A stretch of DNA of 64,000 bases from the human T2T-CHM13v2.0 reference genome, Homo sapiens. Location: the NCBI RefSeq assembly GCF_009914755.1, contig NC_060944.1; one strand, written 5' to 3'. Under the pieces are notes generated by a model. The model had not been told where the DNA came from and ran no database searches. It saw nothing but the letters and a program-made list of their open reading frames with translations. The translations under genes were made by a program, and so were the position numbers. Below, in pieces: positions 11,566-26,500 of this stretch (the stretch's first letter is position 1; the number at the start of each line of letters is the position of its first letter).

Positions 11566-14500
11566 TTGTGGGATATGCAAGTGGGTATTAGGCCAGCTTG
11601 GAGGATTTCGTTGGAAACGGGAATACGTATAAAAAGCAGACAGCAGCATTGTCAGAAACTACTTTGTGATGTTTGCATTCAAGTCACAGAATTGAACACT
11701 CCCTTTCACAGAGCAGGTTTGAAACACTCTTTTTGTAGTGTCTGTAAGTGAACATTTGGATTGCTTTCAGGCCTAAGGTGAAAAAGGAAATATCTTCCCA
11801 TAAAAACTAGACAGAAGCATTCTCAGAAACTTGTTTGTGATGTGTGCCCTCTACTGACAGAGTTGAACCTTTCTTTGCAAAGAGCAGTTTTGAAACACTC
11901 TTTTTGTAGAATCTGCAAGAGGATATTTGGATAGCTTTGAGGATTTCTTGGGAAACGGGAATGTCTTCAGATAAACTCTAGACAGAAGCATTCTCAGAAA
12001 CTTCTTTGGGATGTTTCAATTGAAGTCACAGTGTTGAACATTCCCTTTCACAGAGCAGGTTTGAAACACTCTTTTTGTAGTGTCTATAAGTGAACATTTG
12101 GCGTGCTTTCAGTTGTAACGTGAAAAAGGAAATATCTTCCCATAAAAACTAGACAGAAGCATTCTCAGAAACTTGTTCTTGATGTGTCCCCTCTACTGAC
12201 AGAGTTGAACCTTTCTTTGCAAAGAGCAGCTTTGAAACACTCTTTTTGTAGAATCTGCAAGAGGATATTTGGATAGCTTGGAGGATTTCGTTGGAAACGG
12301 GTATGTCTTCAGATAAACTCTAGACAGAAGCATTCTCAGAAACTTCTTTGGGATGTTGCATTCAAGTCACAGAGTAGAACATTCCCATTCATAGAGCAGA
12401 TTTGAAACACTCTTTTTGTAGTATCTGGAAGTGGACATTTGGAGCGCTTTCAGGCCTATGTTGAAAAAGGAAATATCTTCCCATAAAAACTAGACGGAAG
12501 CATTCTCAGAAACTTATTTGTGATGTGTTTGCTCAACTAACAGGATTGAACCATCGTTTTGAAGGAGCAGTTTTGAAACACTGTTTTCGTGGAATCTGCA
12601 AGTGGATATTTGGCTAGCTTTGAGGATTTCGTTGGAAACGGGATTACATATAAAAAGGAGACAGCAGCATTCTCAGAAACTTCTTTGTGATGTCTGCATT
12701 CAATTCACAGAGTTGAGCATTCCCTTTCATAGAGCAGGTTGGAAACACTCTTTTTGTAGTATCTGGATGAGGACATTTGGAGCGCTTTCAGGCGTATGGT
12801 GAAAAAGGAAATATCTTCCCGTAAAAACTAGACAGAAGCATTCTCAGAAGTTTATTTGTGATGTGTGCCCTCAACTAACAGAGTTGAACCTTTCTTTTGA
12901 TACAGCAGTTTTGAAACACTCTTTTTGTAAAATCTGCAAGAGGATATTTGGATAGCTTTGAGGATTTCGTTGCAAACAGGAATGGCTTCATATAAACTCT
13001 AGACAGAAGCATTCTCAGAAACTTCGTTGGGATGTTTCGATTGAAGTCCCAGTGTTGAACATTCCCTTTTATAGAGCAGGTTGGAAACACTCTTTCTGCA
13101 TTCCCTGGAAGTGGACATTTGGAGCGCTTTCAGGACGACGGTGAAAATGGAAATATCTTCCAAGAAAATCTAGATAGAAGCAATGTCAGAAACTTTTATG
13201 TGATGGATCTACTCAGCTAACAGAGTTGAACCTTTCTTTTGAGAGAGCAGTTTTGCAACACTCTTTTTGTGGAATATGCAAGTGGATATTAGGGCAGCTT
13301 TGAGGATTTCGTTGGAAACGGGAATACATGTAAAAAGCAGACAGCAGCATTCTCAGAAACTTCTTTGTGATGTTTGCATTGAAGTCACAGAGTTGAACAT
13401 TCCCTTTGAGAGAGCAGGTTTGAAACACGCCTTTTGTCATATCTGGAAGTGTCCATTCGGAGCGCATTCAGGCTTGTGTTGAAAAAGGAAATATCCTCCC
13501 ATAAAAACTAGACAGAAGCATTCTCAGAAACTTATCTGTGATGTATGTACTCAACTAACAGAACTAAACCATCGTTTTGAAGGAGCAGTTTTGAAACACT
13601 CTTTTTGCGGAATCTGCAAGTGGATATTTGGCTAGCTGGGAGGATTTCGTTGGAAACGGGATTACATACAAAAAGCAGACAGCAGCATTCTCAGAAACTT
13701 CTTTGTGATGTTTGCATTCAAGTCACAGAGTTGAACATTCCCTTTCATAGAGCAGGTTTGAAACACTCTTTTTGTAGTATCTGGATGTGGACATTTGGAT
13801 CGCTTTCAGGCCTATGGTGAAAAAGGAAATATCTTCCCATGAAAACTAGACAGAAGCATTCTCAGAAACTTATTTGTGATGTGTGCCCTCAACTGACAGT
13901 GTTGAACCTTTGTTTTGATAGAGCAGTTCTGAAACACACTTTTTGTAAAATCTGCAAGAGGATATTTGGATAGCTTTGAGGATTTCGTTGGAAACGGGAA
14001 TGTCTTCATGTAAACTCTAGACAGAAGCATTCTCAGAAACTGCTTTGGGATGTTTCAATTGAAGTCCCAGTGTTGAACATTCCCTTTCATAGAGCAGGTT
14101 TGAAACACTCTTTTTGTACTATCTGGAAGTGGACATTTGGAGCGCTTTCAGGTCTACGGTGAAAAAGGAGATATCTTCCAATAAAAACTAGATAGAAGCA
14201 ATGTCAGAACTTTTTTCATGATGTATCTACTCAGCAAACAGAGATGAACCTTTCTTTTGAGAGAGCAGTTTTGAAACACTCTTTTTGTGGAATATGCAAG
14301 TGGGTATTAGGCCAGCTTGGAGGATTTCGTTGGAAACGGGAATACGTATAAAAAGCAGACAGCAGCATTGTCAGAAACTACTTTGTGATGTTTGCATTCA
14401 AGTCACAGAATTGAACACTCCCTTTCACAGAGCAGGTTTGAAACACTCTTTTTGTAGTGTCTGTAAGTGAACATTTGGATTGCTTTCAGGCCTAAGGTGA

Positions 14501-17500
14501 AAAAGGAAATATCTTCCCATAAAAACTAGACAGAAGCATTCTCAGAAACTTGTTTGTGATGTGTGCCCTCTACTGACAGAGTTGAAGCTTTCTTTGCAAA
14601 GAGCAGTTTTGAAACACTCTTTTTGTAGAATCTGCAAGAGGATATTTGGATAGCTTTGAGGATTTCTTGGGAAACGGGAATGTCTTCAGATAAACTCTAG
14701 ACAGAAGCATTCTCAGAAACTTCTTTGGGATGTTTCAATTGAAGTCACAGTGTTGAACATTCCCTTTCACAGAGCAGGTTTGAAACACTCTTTTTGTAGT
14801 GTCTATAAGTGAACATTTGGCGTGCTTTCAGGCGTAACGTGAAAAAGGAAATATCTTCCCATAAAAACTAGACAGAAGCATTCTCAGAAACTTGTTCTTG
14901 ATGTGTGCCCTCTACTGACAGAGTTGAACCTTTCTTTGCAAAGAGCAGCTTTGAAACACTCTTTTTGTAGAATCTGCAAGAGGATATTTGGATAGCTTGG
15001 AGGATTTCGTTGGAAACGGGTATGTCTTCAGATAAACTCTAGACAGAAGCATTCTCAGAAACTTCTTTGGGATGTTGCATTCAAGTCACAGAGTAGAACA
15101 TTCCCATTCATAGAGCAGATTTGAAACACTCTTTTTGTAGTATCTGGAAGTGGACATTTGGAGCGCTTTCAGGCCTATGTTGAAAAAGGAAATATCTTCC
15201 CATAAAAACTAGACGGAAGCATTCTCAGAAACTTATTTGTGATGTGTTTGCTCAACTAACAGGATTGAACCATCGTTTTGAAGGAGCAGTTTTGAAACAC
15301 TGTTTTCGTGGAATCTGCAAGTGGATATTTGGCTAGCTTTGAGGATTTCGTTGGAAACGGGATTACATATAAAAAGGAGACAGCAGCATTCTCAGAAACT
15401 TCTTTGTGATGTCTGCATTCAATTCACAGAGTTGAGCATTCCCTTTCATAGAGCAGGTTGGAAACACTCTTTTTGTAGTATCTGGATGAGGACATTTGGA
15501 GCGCTTTCAGGCCTATGGTGAAAAAGGAAATATCTTCCCGTAAAAACTAGACAGAAGCATTCTCAGAAGTTTATTTGTGATGTGTGCCCTCAACTAACAG
15601 AGTTGAACCTTTCTTTTGATAGAGCAGTTTTGAAACACTCTTTTTGTAAAATCTGCAAGAGGATATTTGGATAGCTTTGAGGATTTCGTTTCAAACGGGA
15701 ATGGCTTCATATAAACTCTAGACAGAAGCATTCTCAGAAACTTCGTTGGGATGTTTCGATTGAAGTCCCAGTGTTGAACATTCCCTTTTATAGAGCAGGT
15801 TGGAAACACTCTTTCTGCATTCCCTGGAAGTGGACATTTGGAGCGCTTTCAGGACGACGGTGAAAATGGAAATATCTTCCAAGAAAATCTAGATAGAAGC
15901 AATGTCAGAAACTTTTCTGTGATGGATCTACTCAGCTAACAGAGTTGAACCTTTCTTTTGAGAGAGCAGTTTTGCAACACTCTTTTTGTGGAATATGCAA
16001 GTGGATATTAGGGCAGCTTTGAGGATTTCGTTGGAAACGGGAATACATGTAAAAAGCAGACAGCAGCATTCTCAGAAACTTCTTTGTGATGTTTGCATTG
16101 AAGTCACAGAGTTGAACATTCCCTTTGAGAGAGCAGGTTTGAAACACGCCTTTTGTCATATCTGGAAGTGTCCATTCGGAGCGCATTCAGGCTTGTGTTG
16201 AAAAAGGAAATATCCTCCCATAAAAACTAGACAGAAGCATTCTCAGAAACTTATCTGTGATGTATGTACTCAACTAACAGAACTAAACCATCGTTTTGAA
16301 GGAGCAGTTTTGAAACACTCTTTTTGCGGAATCTGCAAGTGGATATTTGGCTAGCTGGGAGGATTTCGTTGGAAACGGGATTACATACAAAAAGCAGACA
16401 GCAGCATTCTCAGAAACTTCTTTGTGATGTTTGCATTCAAGTCACAGAGTTGAACATTCCCTTTCATAGAGCAGGTTTGAAACACTCTTTTTGTAGTATC
16501 TGGATGTGGACATTTGGATCGCTTTCAGGCCTATGGTGAAAAAGGAAATATCTTCCCATGAAAACTAGACAGAAGCATTCTCAGAAACTTATTTGTGATG
16601 TGTGCCCTCAACTGACAGTGTTGAACCTTTGTTTTGATAGAGCAGTTCTGAAACACACTTTTTGTAAAATCTGCAAGAGGATATTTGGATAGCTTTGAGG
16701 ATTTCGTTGGAAACGGGAATGTCTTCATGTAAACTCTAGACAGAAGCATTCTCAGAAACTGCTTTGGGATGTTTCAATTGAAGTCCCAGTGTTGAACATT
16801 CCCATTCATAGAGCAGGTTTGAAACACTCTTTTTGTACTATCTGGAAGTGGACATTTGGAGCGCTTTCAGGTCTACGGTGAAAAAGGAGATATCTTCCAA
16901 TAAAAACTAGATAGAAGCAATGTCAGAACTTTTTTCATGATGTATCTACTCAGCAAACAGAGTTGAACCTTTCTTTTGAGAGAGCAGTTTTGAAACACTC
17001 TTTTTGTGGAATATGCAAGTGGGTATTAGGCCAGCTTGGAGGATTTCGTTGGAAACGGGAATACGTATAAAAAGCAGACAGCAGCATTGTCAGAAACTAC
17101 TTTGTGATGTTTGCTTTCAAGTCACAGAATTGAACACTCCCTTTCACAGAGCAGGTTTGAAACACTCTTTTTGTAGTGTCTGTAAGTGAACATTTGGATT
17201 GCTTTCAGGCCTAAGGTGAAAAAGGAAATATCTTCCCATAAAAACTAGACAGAAGCATTCTCAGAAACTTGTTTGTGATGTGTGCTCTCTACTGACAGAG
17301 TTGAACCTTTCTTTGCAAAGAGCAGTTTTGAAACACTCTTTTTGTAGAATCTGCAAGAGGATATTTGGATAGCTTTGAGGATTTCTTGGGAAACGGGAAT
17401 GTCTTCAGATAAACTCTAGACAGAAGCATTCTCAGAAACTCCTTTGGGATGTTTCAATTGAAGTCAAAGTGTTGAACATTCCCTTTCACAGAGCAAGTTT

Positions 17501-20500
17501 GAAACACTCTTTTTGTAGTGTCTATAAGTGAACATTTGGCGTGCTTTCAGGCCTAACGTGAAAAAGGAAATATCTTCCCATAAAAACTAGACAGAAGCAT
17601 TCTCAGAAACTTGTTCGTGATGTGTGCCCTCTACTGACAGAGTTGAACCTTTCTTTGCAAAGAGCAGCTTTGAAACACACTTTTTGTAGAATCTGCAAGA
17701 GGATATTTGGATAGCTTTGAGGATTTCGTTGGAAACGGGTATGTCTTCAGATAAACTCTAGACAGAAGCATTCTCAGAAACTTCTTTGGGATGTTGCATT
17801 CAAGTCACAGAGTAGAACATTCCCATTCATAGAGCAGATTTGAAACACTCTTTTTGTAGTATCTGGAAGTGGACATTTGGAGCGCTTTCAGGCCTATGTT
17901 GAAAAAGGAAATATCTTCCCATAAAAACTAGACGGAAGCATTCTCAGAAACTTATTTGTGATGTGTTTGCTCAACTAACAGGATTGAACCATCGTTTTGA
18001 AGGAGCAGTTTTGAAACACTGTTTTCGTGGAATCTGCAAGTGGATATTTGGCTAGCTTTGAGGATTTCGTTGGAAACGGGATTACATATAAAAAGGAGAC
18101 AGCAGCATTCTCAGAAACTTCTTTGTGATGTCTGCATTCAATTCACAGAGTTGAGCATTCCCTTTCATAGAGCAGGTTGGAAACACTCTTTTTGTAGTAT
18201 CTGGATGAGGACATTTGGAGCGCTTTCAGGCGTATGGTGAAAAAGGAAATATCTTCCCGTAAAAACTAGACAGAAGCATTCTCAGAAGTTTATTTGTGAT
18301 GTGTGCCCTCAACTAACAGAGTTGAACCTTTCTTTTGATAGAGCAGTTTTGAAACACTCTTTTTGTAAAATCTGCAAGAGGATATTTGGATAGCTTTGAG
18401 GATTTCGTTTCAAACGGGAATGGCTTCATATAAACTCTAGACAGAAGCATTCTCAGAAACTTCGTTGGGATGTTTCGATTGAAGTCCCAGTGTTGAACAT
18501 TCCCTTTTATAGAGCAGGTTGGAAACACTCTTTCTGCATTCCCTGGAAGTGGACATTTGGAGCGCTTTCAGGACGACGGTGAAAATGGAAATATCTTCCA
18601 AGAAAATCTAGATAGAAGCAATGTCAGAAACTTTTATGTGATGGATCTACTCAGCTAACAGAGTTGAACCTTTCTTTTGAGAGAGCAGTTTTGCAACACT
18701 CTTTTTGTGGAATATGCAAGTGGATATTAGGGCAGCTTTGAGGATTTCGTTGGAAACGGGAATACATGTAAAAAGCAGACAGCAGCATTCTCAGAAACTT
18801 CTTTGTGATGTTTGCATTGAAGTCACAGAGTTGAACATTCCCTTTGAGAGAGCAGGTTTGAAACACGCCTTTTGTCATATCTGGAAGTGTCCATTCGGAG
18901 CGCATTCAGGCTTGTGTTGAAAAAGGAAATATCCTCCCATAAAAACTAGACAGAAGCATTCTCAGAAACTTATCTGTGATGTATGTACTCAACTAACAGA
19001 ACTAAACCATCGTTTTGAAGGAGCAGTTTTGAAACACTCTTTTTGCGGAATCTGCAAGTGGATATTTGGCTAGCTGGGAGGATTTCGTTGGAAACGGGAT
19101 TACATACAAAAAGCAGACAGCAGCATTCTCAGAAACTTCTTTGTGATGTTTGCATTCAAGTCACAGAGTTGAACATTCCCTTTCATAGAGCAGGTTTGAA
19201 ACACTCTTTTTGTAGTATATGGATGTGGACATTTGGATCGCTTTCAGGCCTATGGTGAAAAAGGAAATATCTTCCCATGAAAACTAGACAGAAGCATTCT
19301 CAGAAACTTATTTGTGATGTGTGCCCTCAACTGACAGTGTTGAACCTTTGTTTTGATAGAGCAGTTCTGAAACACACTTTTTGTAAAATCTGCAAGAGGA
19401 TATTTGGATAGCTTTGAGGATTTCGTTGGAAACGGGAATGTCTTCATGTAAACTCTAGACAGAAGCATTCTCAGAAACTGCTTTGGGATGTTTCAATTGA
19501 AGTCCCAGTGTTGAACATTCCCATTCATAGAGCAGGTTTGAAACACTCTTTTTGTACTATCTGGAAGTGGACATTTGGAGCGCTTTCAGGTCTACGGTGA
19601 AAAAGGAGATATCTTCCAATAAAAACTAGATAGAAGCAATGTCAGAACTTTTTTCATGATGTATCTACTCAGCAAACAGAGTTGAACCTTTCTTTTGAGA
19701 GAGCAGTTTTGAAACACTCTTTTTGTGGAATATGCAAGTGGGTATTAGGCCAGCTTGGAGGATTTCGTTGGAAACGGGAATACGTATAAAAAGCAGACAG
19801 CAGCATTGTCAGAAACTACTTTGTGATGTTTGCATTCAAGTCACAGAATTGAACACTCCCTTTCACAGAGCAGGTTTGAAACACTCTTTTTCTAGTGTCT
19901 GTAAGTGAACATTTGGATTGCTTTCAGGCCTAAGGTGAAAAAGGAAATATCTTCCCATAAAAACTAGACAGAAGCATTCTCAGAAACTTGTTTGTGATGT
20001 GTGCCCTCTACTGACCGAGTTGAAGCTTTCTTTGCAAAGAGCAGTTTTGAAACACTCTTTTTGTAGAATCTGCAAGAGGATATTTGGATAGCTTTGAGGA
20101 TTTCTTGGGAAACGGGAATGTCTTCAGATAAACTCTAGACAGAAGCATTCTCAGAAACTTCTTTGGGATGTTTCAATTGAAGTCACAGTGTTGAACATTC
20201 CCTTTCACAGAGCAGGTTTGAAACACTCTTTTTGTAGTGTCTATAAGTGAACATTTGGCGTGCTTTCAGGCGTAACGTGAAAAAGGAAATATCTTCCCAT
20301 AAAAACTAGACAGAAGCATTCTCAGAAACTTGTTCTTGATGTGTGCCCTCTACTGACAGAGTTGAACCTTTCTTTGCAAAGAGCAGCTTTGAAACACTCT
20401 TTTTGTAGAATCTGCAAGAGGATATTTGGATAGCTTGGAGGATTTCGTTGGAAACGGGTATGTCTTCAGATAAACTCTAGACAGAAGCATTCTCAGAAAC

Positions 20501-23500
20501 TTCTTTGGGATGTTGCATTCAAGTCACAGAGTAGAACATTCCCATTCATAGAGCAGATTTGAAACACTCTTTTTGTAGTATCTGGAAGTGGACATTTGGA
20601 GCGCTTTCAGGCCTATGTTGAAAAAGGAAATATCTTCCCATAAAAACTAGACGGAAGCATTCTCAGAAACTTATTTGTGATGTGTTTGCTCAACTAACAG
20701 GATTGAACCATCGTTTTGAAGGAGCAGTTTTGAAACACTGTTTTCGTGGAATCTGCAAGTGGATATTTGGCTAGCTTTGAGGATTTCGTTGGAAACGGGA
20801 TTACATATAAAAAGGAGACAGCAGCATTCTCAGAAACTTCTTTGTGATGTCTGCATTCAATTCACAGAGTGGAGCATTCCCTTTCATAGAGCAGGTTGGA
20901 AACACTCTTTTTGTAGTATCTGGATGAGGACATTTGGAGCGCTTTCAGGCGTATGGTGAAAAAGGAAATATCTTCCCGTAAAAACTAGACAGAAGCATTC
21001 TCAGAAGTTTATTTGTGATGTGTGCCCTCAACTAACAGAGTTGAACCTTTCTTTTGATAGAGCAGTTTTGAAACACTCTTTTTGTAAAATCTGCAAGAGG
21101 ATATTTGGATAGCTTTGAGGATTTCGTTTCAAACGGGAATGGCTTCATATAAACTCTAGACAGAAGCATTCTCAGAAACTTCGTTGGGATGTTTCGATTG
21201 AAGTCCCAGTGTTGAACATTCCCTTTTATAGAGCAGGTTGGAAACACTCTTTCTGCATTCCCTGGAAGTGGACATTTGGAGCGCTTTCAGGACGACGGTG
21301 AAAATGGAAATATCTTCCAAGAAAATCTAGATAGAAGCAATGTCAGAAACTTTTCTGTGATGGATCTACTCAGCTAACAGAGTTGAACCTTTCTTTTGAG
21401 AGAGCAGTTTTGCAACACTCTTTTTGTGGAATATGCAAGTGGATATTAGGGCAGCTTTGAGGATTTCGTTGGAAACGGGAATACATGTAAAAAGCAGACA
21501 GCAGCATTCTCAGAAACTTCTTTGTGATGTTTGCATTGAAGTCACAGAGTTGAACATTCCCTTTGAGAGAGCAGGTTTGAAACACGCCTTTTGTCATATC
21601 TGGAAGTGTCCATTCGGAGCGCATTCAGGCTTGTGTTGAAAAAGGAAATATCCTCCCATAAAAACTAGACAGAAGCATTCTCAGAAACTTATCTGTGATG
21701 TATGTACTCAACTAACAGAACTAAACCATCGTTTTGAAGGAGCAGTTTTGAAACACTCTTTTTGCGGAATCTGCAAGTGGATATTTGGCTAGCTGGGAGG
21801 ATTTCGTTGGAAACGGGATTACATACAAAAAGCAGACAGCAGCATTCTCAGAAACTTCTTTGTGATGTTTGCATTCAAGTCACAGAGTTGAACATTCCCT
21901 TTCATAGAGCAGGTTTGAAACACTCTTTTTGTAGTATCTGGATGTGGACATTTGTATCGCTTTCAGGCCTATGGTGAAAAAGGAAATATCTTCCCATGAA
22001 AACTAGACAGAAGCATTCTCAGAAACTTATTTGTGATGTGTGCCCTCAACTGACAGTGTTGAACCTTTGTTTTGATAGAGCAGTTCTGAAACACACTTTT
22101 TGTAAAATCTGCAAGAGGATATTTGGATAGCTTTGAGGATTTCGTTGGAAACGGGAATGTCTTCATGTAAACTCTAGACAGAAGCATTCTCAGAAACTGC
22201 TTTGGGATGTTTCAATTGAAGTCCCAGTGTTGAACATTCCCATTCATAGAGCAGGTTTGAAACACTCTTTTTGTACTATCTGGAAGTGGACATTTGGAGC
22301 GCTTTCAGGTCTACGGTGAAAAAGGAGATATCTTCCAATAAAAACTAGATAGAAGCAATGTCAGAACTTTTTTCATGATGTATCTACTCAGCAAACAGAG
22401 TTGAACCTTTCTTTTGAGAGAGCAGTTTTGAAACACTCTTTTTGTGGAATATGCAAGTGGGTATTAGGCCAGCTTGGAGGATTTCGTTGGAAACGGGAAT
22501 ACGTATAAAAAGCAGACAGCAGCATTGTCAGAAACTACTTTGTGATGTTTGCTTTCAAGTCACAGAATTGAACACTCCCTTTCACAGAGCAGGTTTGAAA
22601 CACTCTTTTTGTAGTGTCTGTAAGTGAACATTTGGATTGCTTTCAGGCCTAAGGTGAAAAAGGAAATATCTTCCCATAAAAACTAGACAGAAGCATTCTC
22701 AGAAACTTGTTTGTGATGTGTGCTCTCTACTGACAGAGTTGAACCTTTCTTTGCAAAGAGCAGTTTTGAAACACTCTTTTTGTAGAATCTGCAAGAGGAT
22801 ATTTGGATAGCTTTGAGGATTTCTTGGGAAACGGGAATGTCTTCAGATAAACTCTAGACAGAAGCATTCTCAGAAACTCCTTTGGGATGTTTCAATTGAA
22901 GTCAAAGTGTTGAACATTCCCTTTCACAGAGCAAGTTTGAAACACTCTTTTTGTAGTGTCTATAAGTGAACATTTGGCGTGCTTTCAGGCCTAACGTGAA
23001 AAAGGAAATATCTTCCCATAAAAACTAGACAGAAGCATTCTCAGAAACTTGTTCGTGATGTGTGCCCTCTACTGACAGAGTTGAACCTTTCTTTGCAAAG
23101 AGCAGCTTTGAAACACACTTTTTGTAGAATCTGCAAGAGGATATTTGGATAGCTTGGAGGATTTCGTTGGAAACGGGTATGTCTTCAGATAAACTCTAGA
23201 CAGAAGCATTCTCAGAAACTTCTTTGGGATGTTGCATTCAAGTCACAGAGTAGAACATTCCCATTCATAGAGCAGATTTGAAACACTCTTTTTGTAGTAT
23301 CTGGAAGTGGACATTTGGAGCGCTTTCAGGCCTATGTTGAAAAAGGAAATATCTTCCCATAAAAACTAGACGGAAGCATTCTCAGAAACTTATTTGTGAT
23401 GTGTTTGCTCAACTAACAGGATTGAACCATCGTTTTGAAGGAGCAGTTTTGAAACACTGTTTTCGTGGAATCTGCAAGTGGATATTTGGCTAGCTTTGAG

Positions 23501-26500
23501 GATTTCGTTGGAAACGGGATTACATATAAAAAGGAGACAGCAGCATTCTCAGAAACTTCTTTGTGATGTCTGCATTCAATTCACAGAGTTGAGCATTCCC
23601 TTTCATAGAGCAGGTTGGAAACACTCTTTTTGTAGTATCTGGATGAGGACATTTGGAGCGCTTTCAGGCGTATGGTGAAAAAGGAAATATCTTCCCGTAA
23701 AAACTAGACAGAAGCATTCTCAGAAGTTTATTTGTGATGTGTGCCCTCAACTAACAGAGTTGAACCTTTCTTTTGATAGAGCAGTTTTGAAACACTCTTT
23801 TTGTAAAATCTGCAAGAGGATATTTGGATAGCTTTGAGGATTTCGTTTCAAACGGGAATGGCTTCATATAAACTCTAGACAGAAGCATTCTCAGAAACTT
23901 CGTTGGGATGTTTCGATTGAAGTCCCAGTGTTGAACATTCCCTTTTATAGAGCAGGTTGGAAACACTCTTTCTGCATTCCCTGGAAGTGGACATTTGGAG
24001 CGCTTTCAGGACGACGGTGAAAATGGAAATATCTTCCAAGAAAATCTAGATAGAAGCAATGTCAGAAACTTTTATGTGATGGATCTACTCAGCTAACAGA
24101 GTTGAACCTTTCTTTTGAGAGAGCAGTTTTGCAACACTCTTTTTGTGGAATATGCAAGTGGATATTAGGGCAGCTTTGAGGATTTCGTTGGAAACGGGAA
24201 TACATGTAAAAAGCAGACAGCAGCATTCTCAGAAACTTCTTTGTGATGTTTGCATTGAAGTCACAGAGTTGAACATTCCCTTTGAGAGAGCAGGTTTGAA
24301 ACACGCCTTTTGTCATATCTGGAAGTGTCCATTCGGAGCGCATTCAGGCTTGTGTTGAAAAAGGAAATATCCTCCCATAAAAACTAGACAGAAGCATTCT
24401 CAGAAACTTATCTGTGATGTATGTACTCAACTAACAGAACTAAACCATCGTTTTGAAGGAGCAGTTTTGAAACACTCTTTTTGCGGAATCTGCAAGTGGA
24501 TATTTGGCTAGCTGGGAGGATTTCGTTGGAAACGGGATTACATACAAAAAGCAGACAGCAGCATTCTCAGAAACTTCTTTGTGATGTTTGCATTCAAGTC
24601 ACAGAGTTGAACATTCCCTTTCATAGAGCAGGTTTGAAACACTCTTTTTGTAGTATATGGATGTGGACATTTGGATCGCTTTCAGGCCTATGGTGAAAAA
24701 GGAAATATCTTCCCATGAAAACTAGACAGAAGCATTCTCAGAAACTTATTTGTGATGTGTGCCCTCAACTGACAGTGTTGAACCTTTGTTTTGATAGAGC
24801 AGTTCTGAAACACACTTTTTGTAAAATCTGCAAGAGGATATTTGGATAGCTTTGAGGATTTCGTTGGAAACGGGAATGTCTTCATGTAAACTCTAGACAG
24901 AAGCATTCTCAGAAACTGCTTTGGGATGTTTCAATTGAAGTCCCAGTGTTGAACATTCCCTTTCATAGAGCAGGTTTGAAACACTCTTTTTGTACTATCT
25001 GGAAGTGGACATTTGGAGCGCTTTCAGGTCTACGGTGAAAAAGGAGATATCTTCCAATAAAAACTAGATAGAAGCAATGTCAGAACTTTTTTCATGATGT
25101 ATCTACTCAGCAAACAGAGATGAACCTTTCTTTTGAGAGAGCAGTTTTGAAACACTCTTTTTGTGGAATATGCAAGTGGGTATTAGGCCAGCTTGGAGGA
25201 TTTCGTTGGAAACGGGAATACGTATAAAAAGCAGACAGCAGCATTGTCAGAAACTACTTTGTGATGTTTGCATTCAAGTCACAGAATTGAACACTCCCTT
25301 TCACAGAGCAGGTTTGAAACACTCTTTTTGTAGTGTCTGTAAGTGAACATTTGGATTGCTTTCAGGCCTAAGGTGAAAAAGGAAATATCTTCCCATAAAA
25401 ACTAGACAGAAGCATTCTCAGAAACTTGTTTGTGATGTGTGCCCTCTACTGACAGAGTTGAAGCTTTCTTTGCAAAGAGCAGTTTTGAAACACTCTTTTT
25501 GTAGAATCTGCAAGAGGATATTTGGATAGCTTTGAGGATTTCTTGGGAAACGGGAATGTCTTCAGATAAACTCTAGACAGAAGCATTCTCAGAAACTTCT
25601 TTGGGATGTTTCAATTGAAGTCACAGTGTTGAACATTCCCTTTCACAGAGCAGGTTTGAAACACTCTTTTTGTAGTGTCTATAAGTGAACATTTGGCGTG
25701 CTTTCAGGCGTAACGTGAAAAAGGAAATATCTTCCCATAAAAACTAGACAGAAGCATTCTCAGAAACTTGTTCTTGATGTGTGCCCTCTACTGACAGAGT
25801 TGAACCTTTCTTTCCAAAGAGCAGCTTTGAAACACTCTTTTTGTAGAATCTGCAAGAGGATATTTGGATAGCTTGGAGGATTTCGTTGGAAACGGGTATG
25901 TCTTCAGATAAACTCTAGACAGAAGCATTCTCAGAAACTTCTTTGGGATGTTGCATTCAAGTCACAGAGTAGAACATTCCCATTCATAGAGCAGATTTGA
26001 AACACTCTTTTTGTAGTATCTGGAAGTGGACATTTGGAGCGCTTTCAGGCCTATGTTGAAAAAGGAAATATCTTCCCATAAAAACTAGACGGAAGCATTC
26101 TCAGAAACTTATTTGTGATGTGTTTGCTCAACTAACAGGATTGAACCATCGTTTTGAAGGAGCAGTTTTGAAACACTGTTTTCGTGGAATCTGCAAGTGG
26201 ATATTTGGCTAGCTTTGAGGATTTCGTTGGAAACGGGATTACATATAAAAAGGAGACAGCAGCATTCTCAGAAACTTCTTTGTGATGTCTGCATTCAATT
26301 CACAGAGTTGAGCATTCCCTTTCATAGAGCAGGTTGGAAACACTCTTTTTGTAGTATCTGGATGAGGACATTTGGAGCGCTTTCAGGCCTATGGTGAAAA
26401 AGGAAATATCTTCCCGTAAAAACTAGACAGAAGCATTCTCAGAAGTTTATTTGTGATGTGTGCCCTCAACTAACAGAGTTGAACCTTTCTTTTGATAGAG

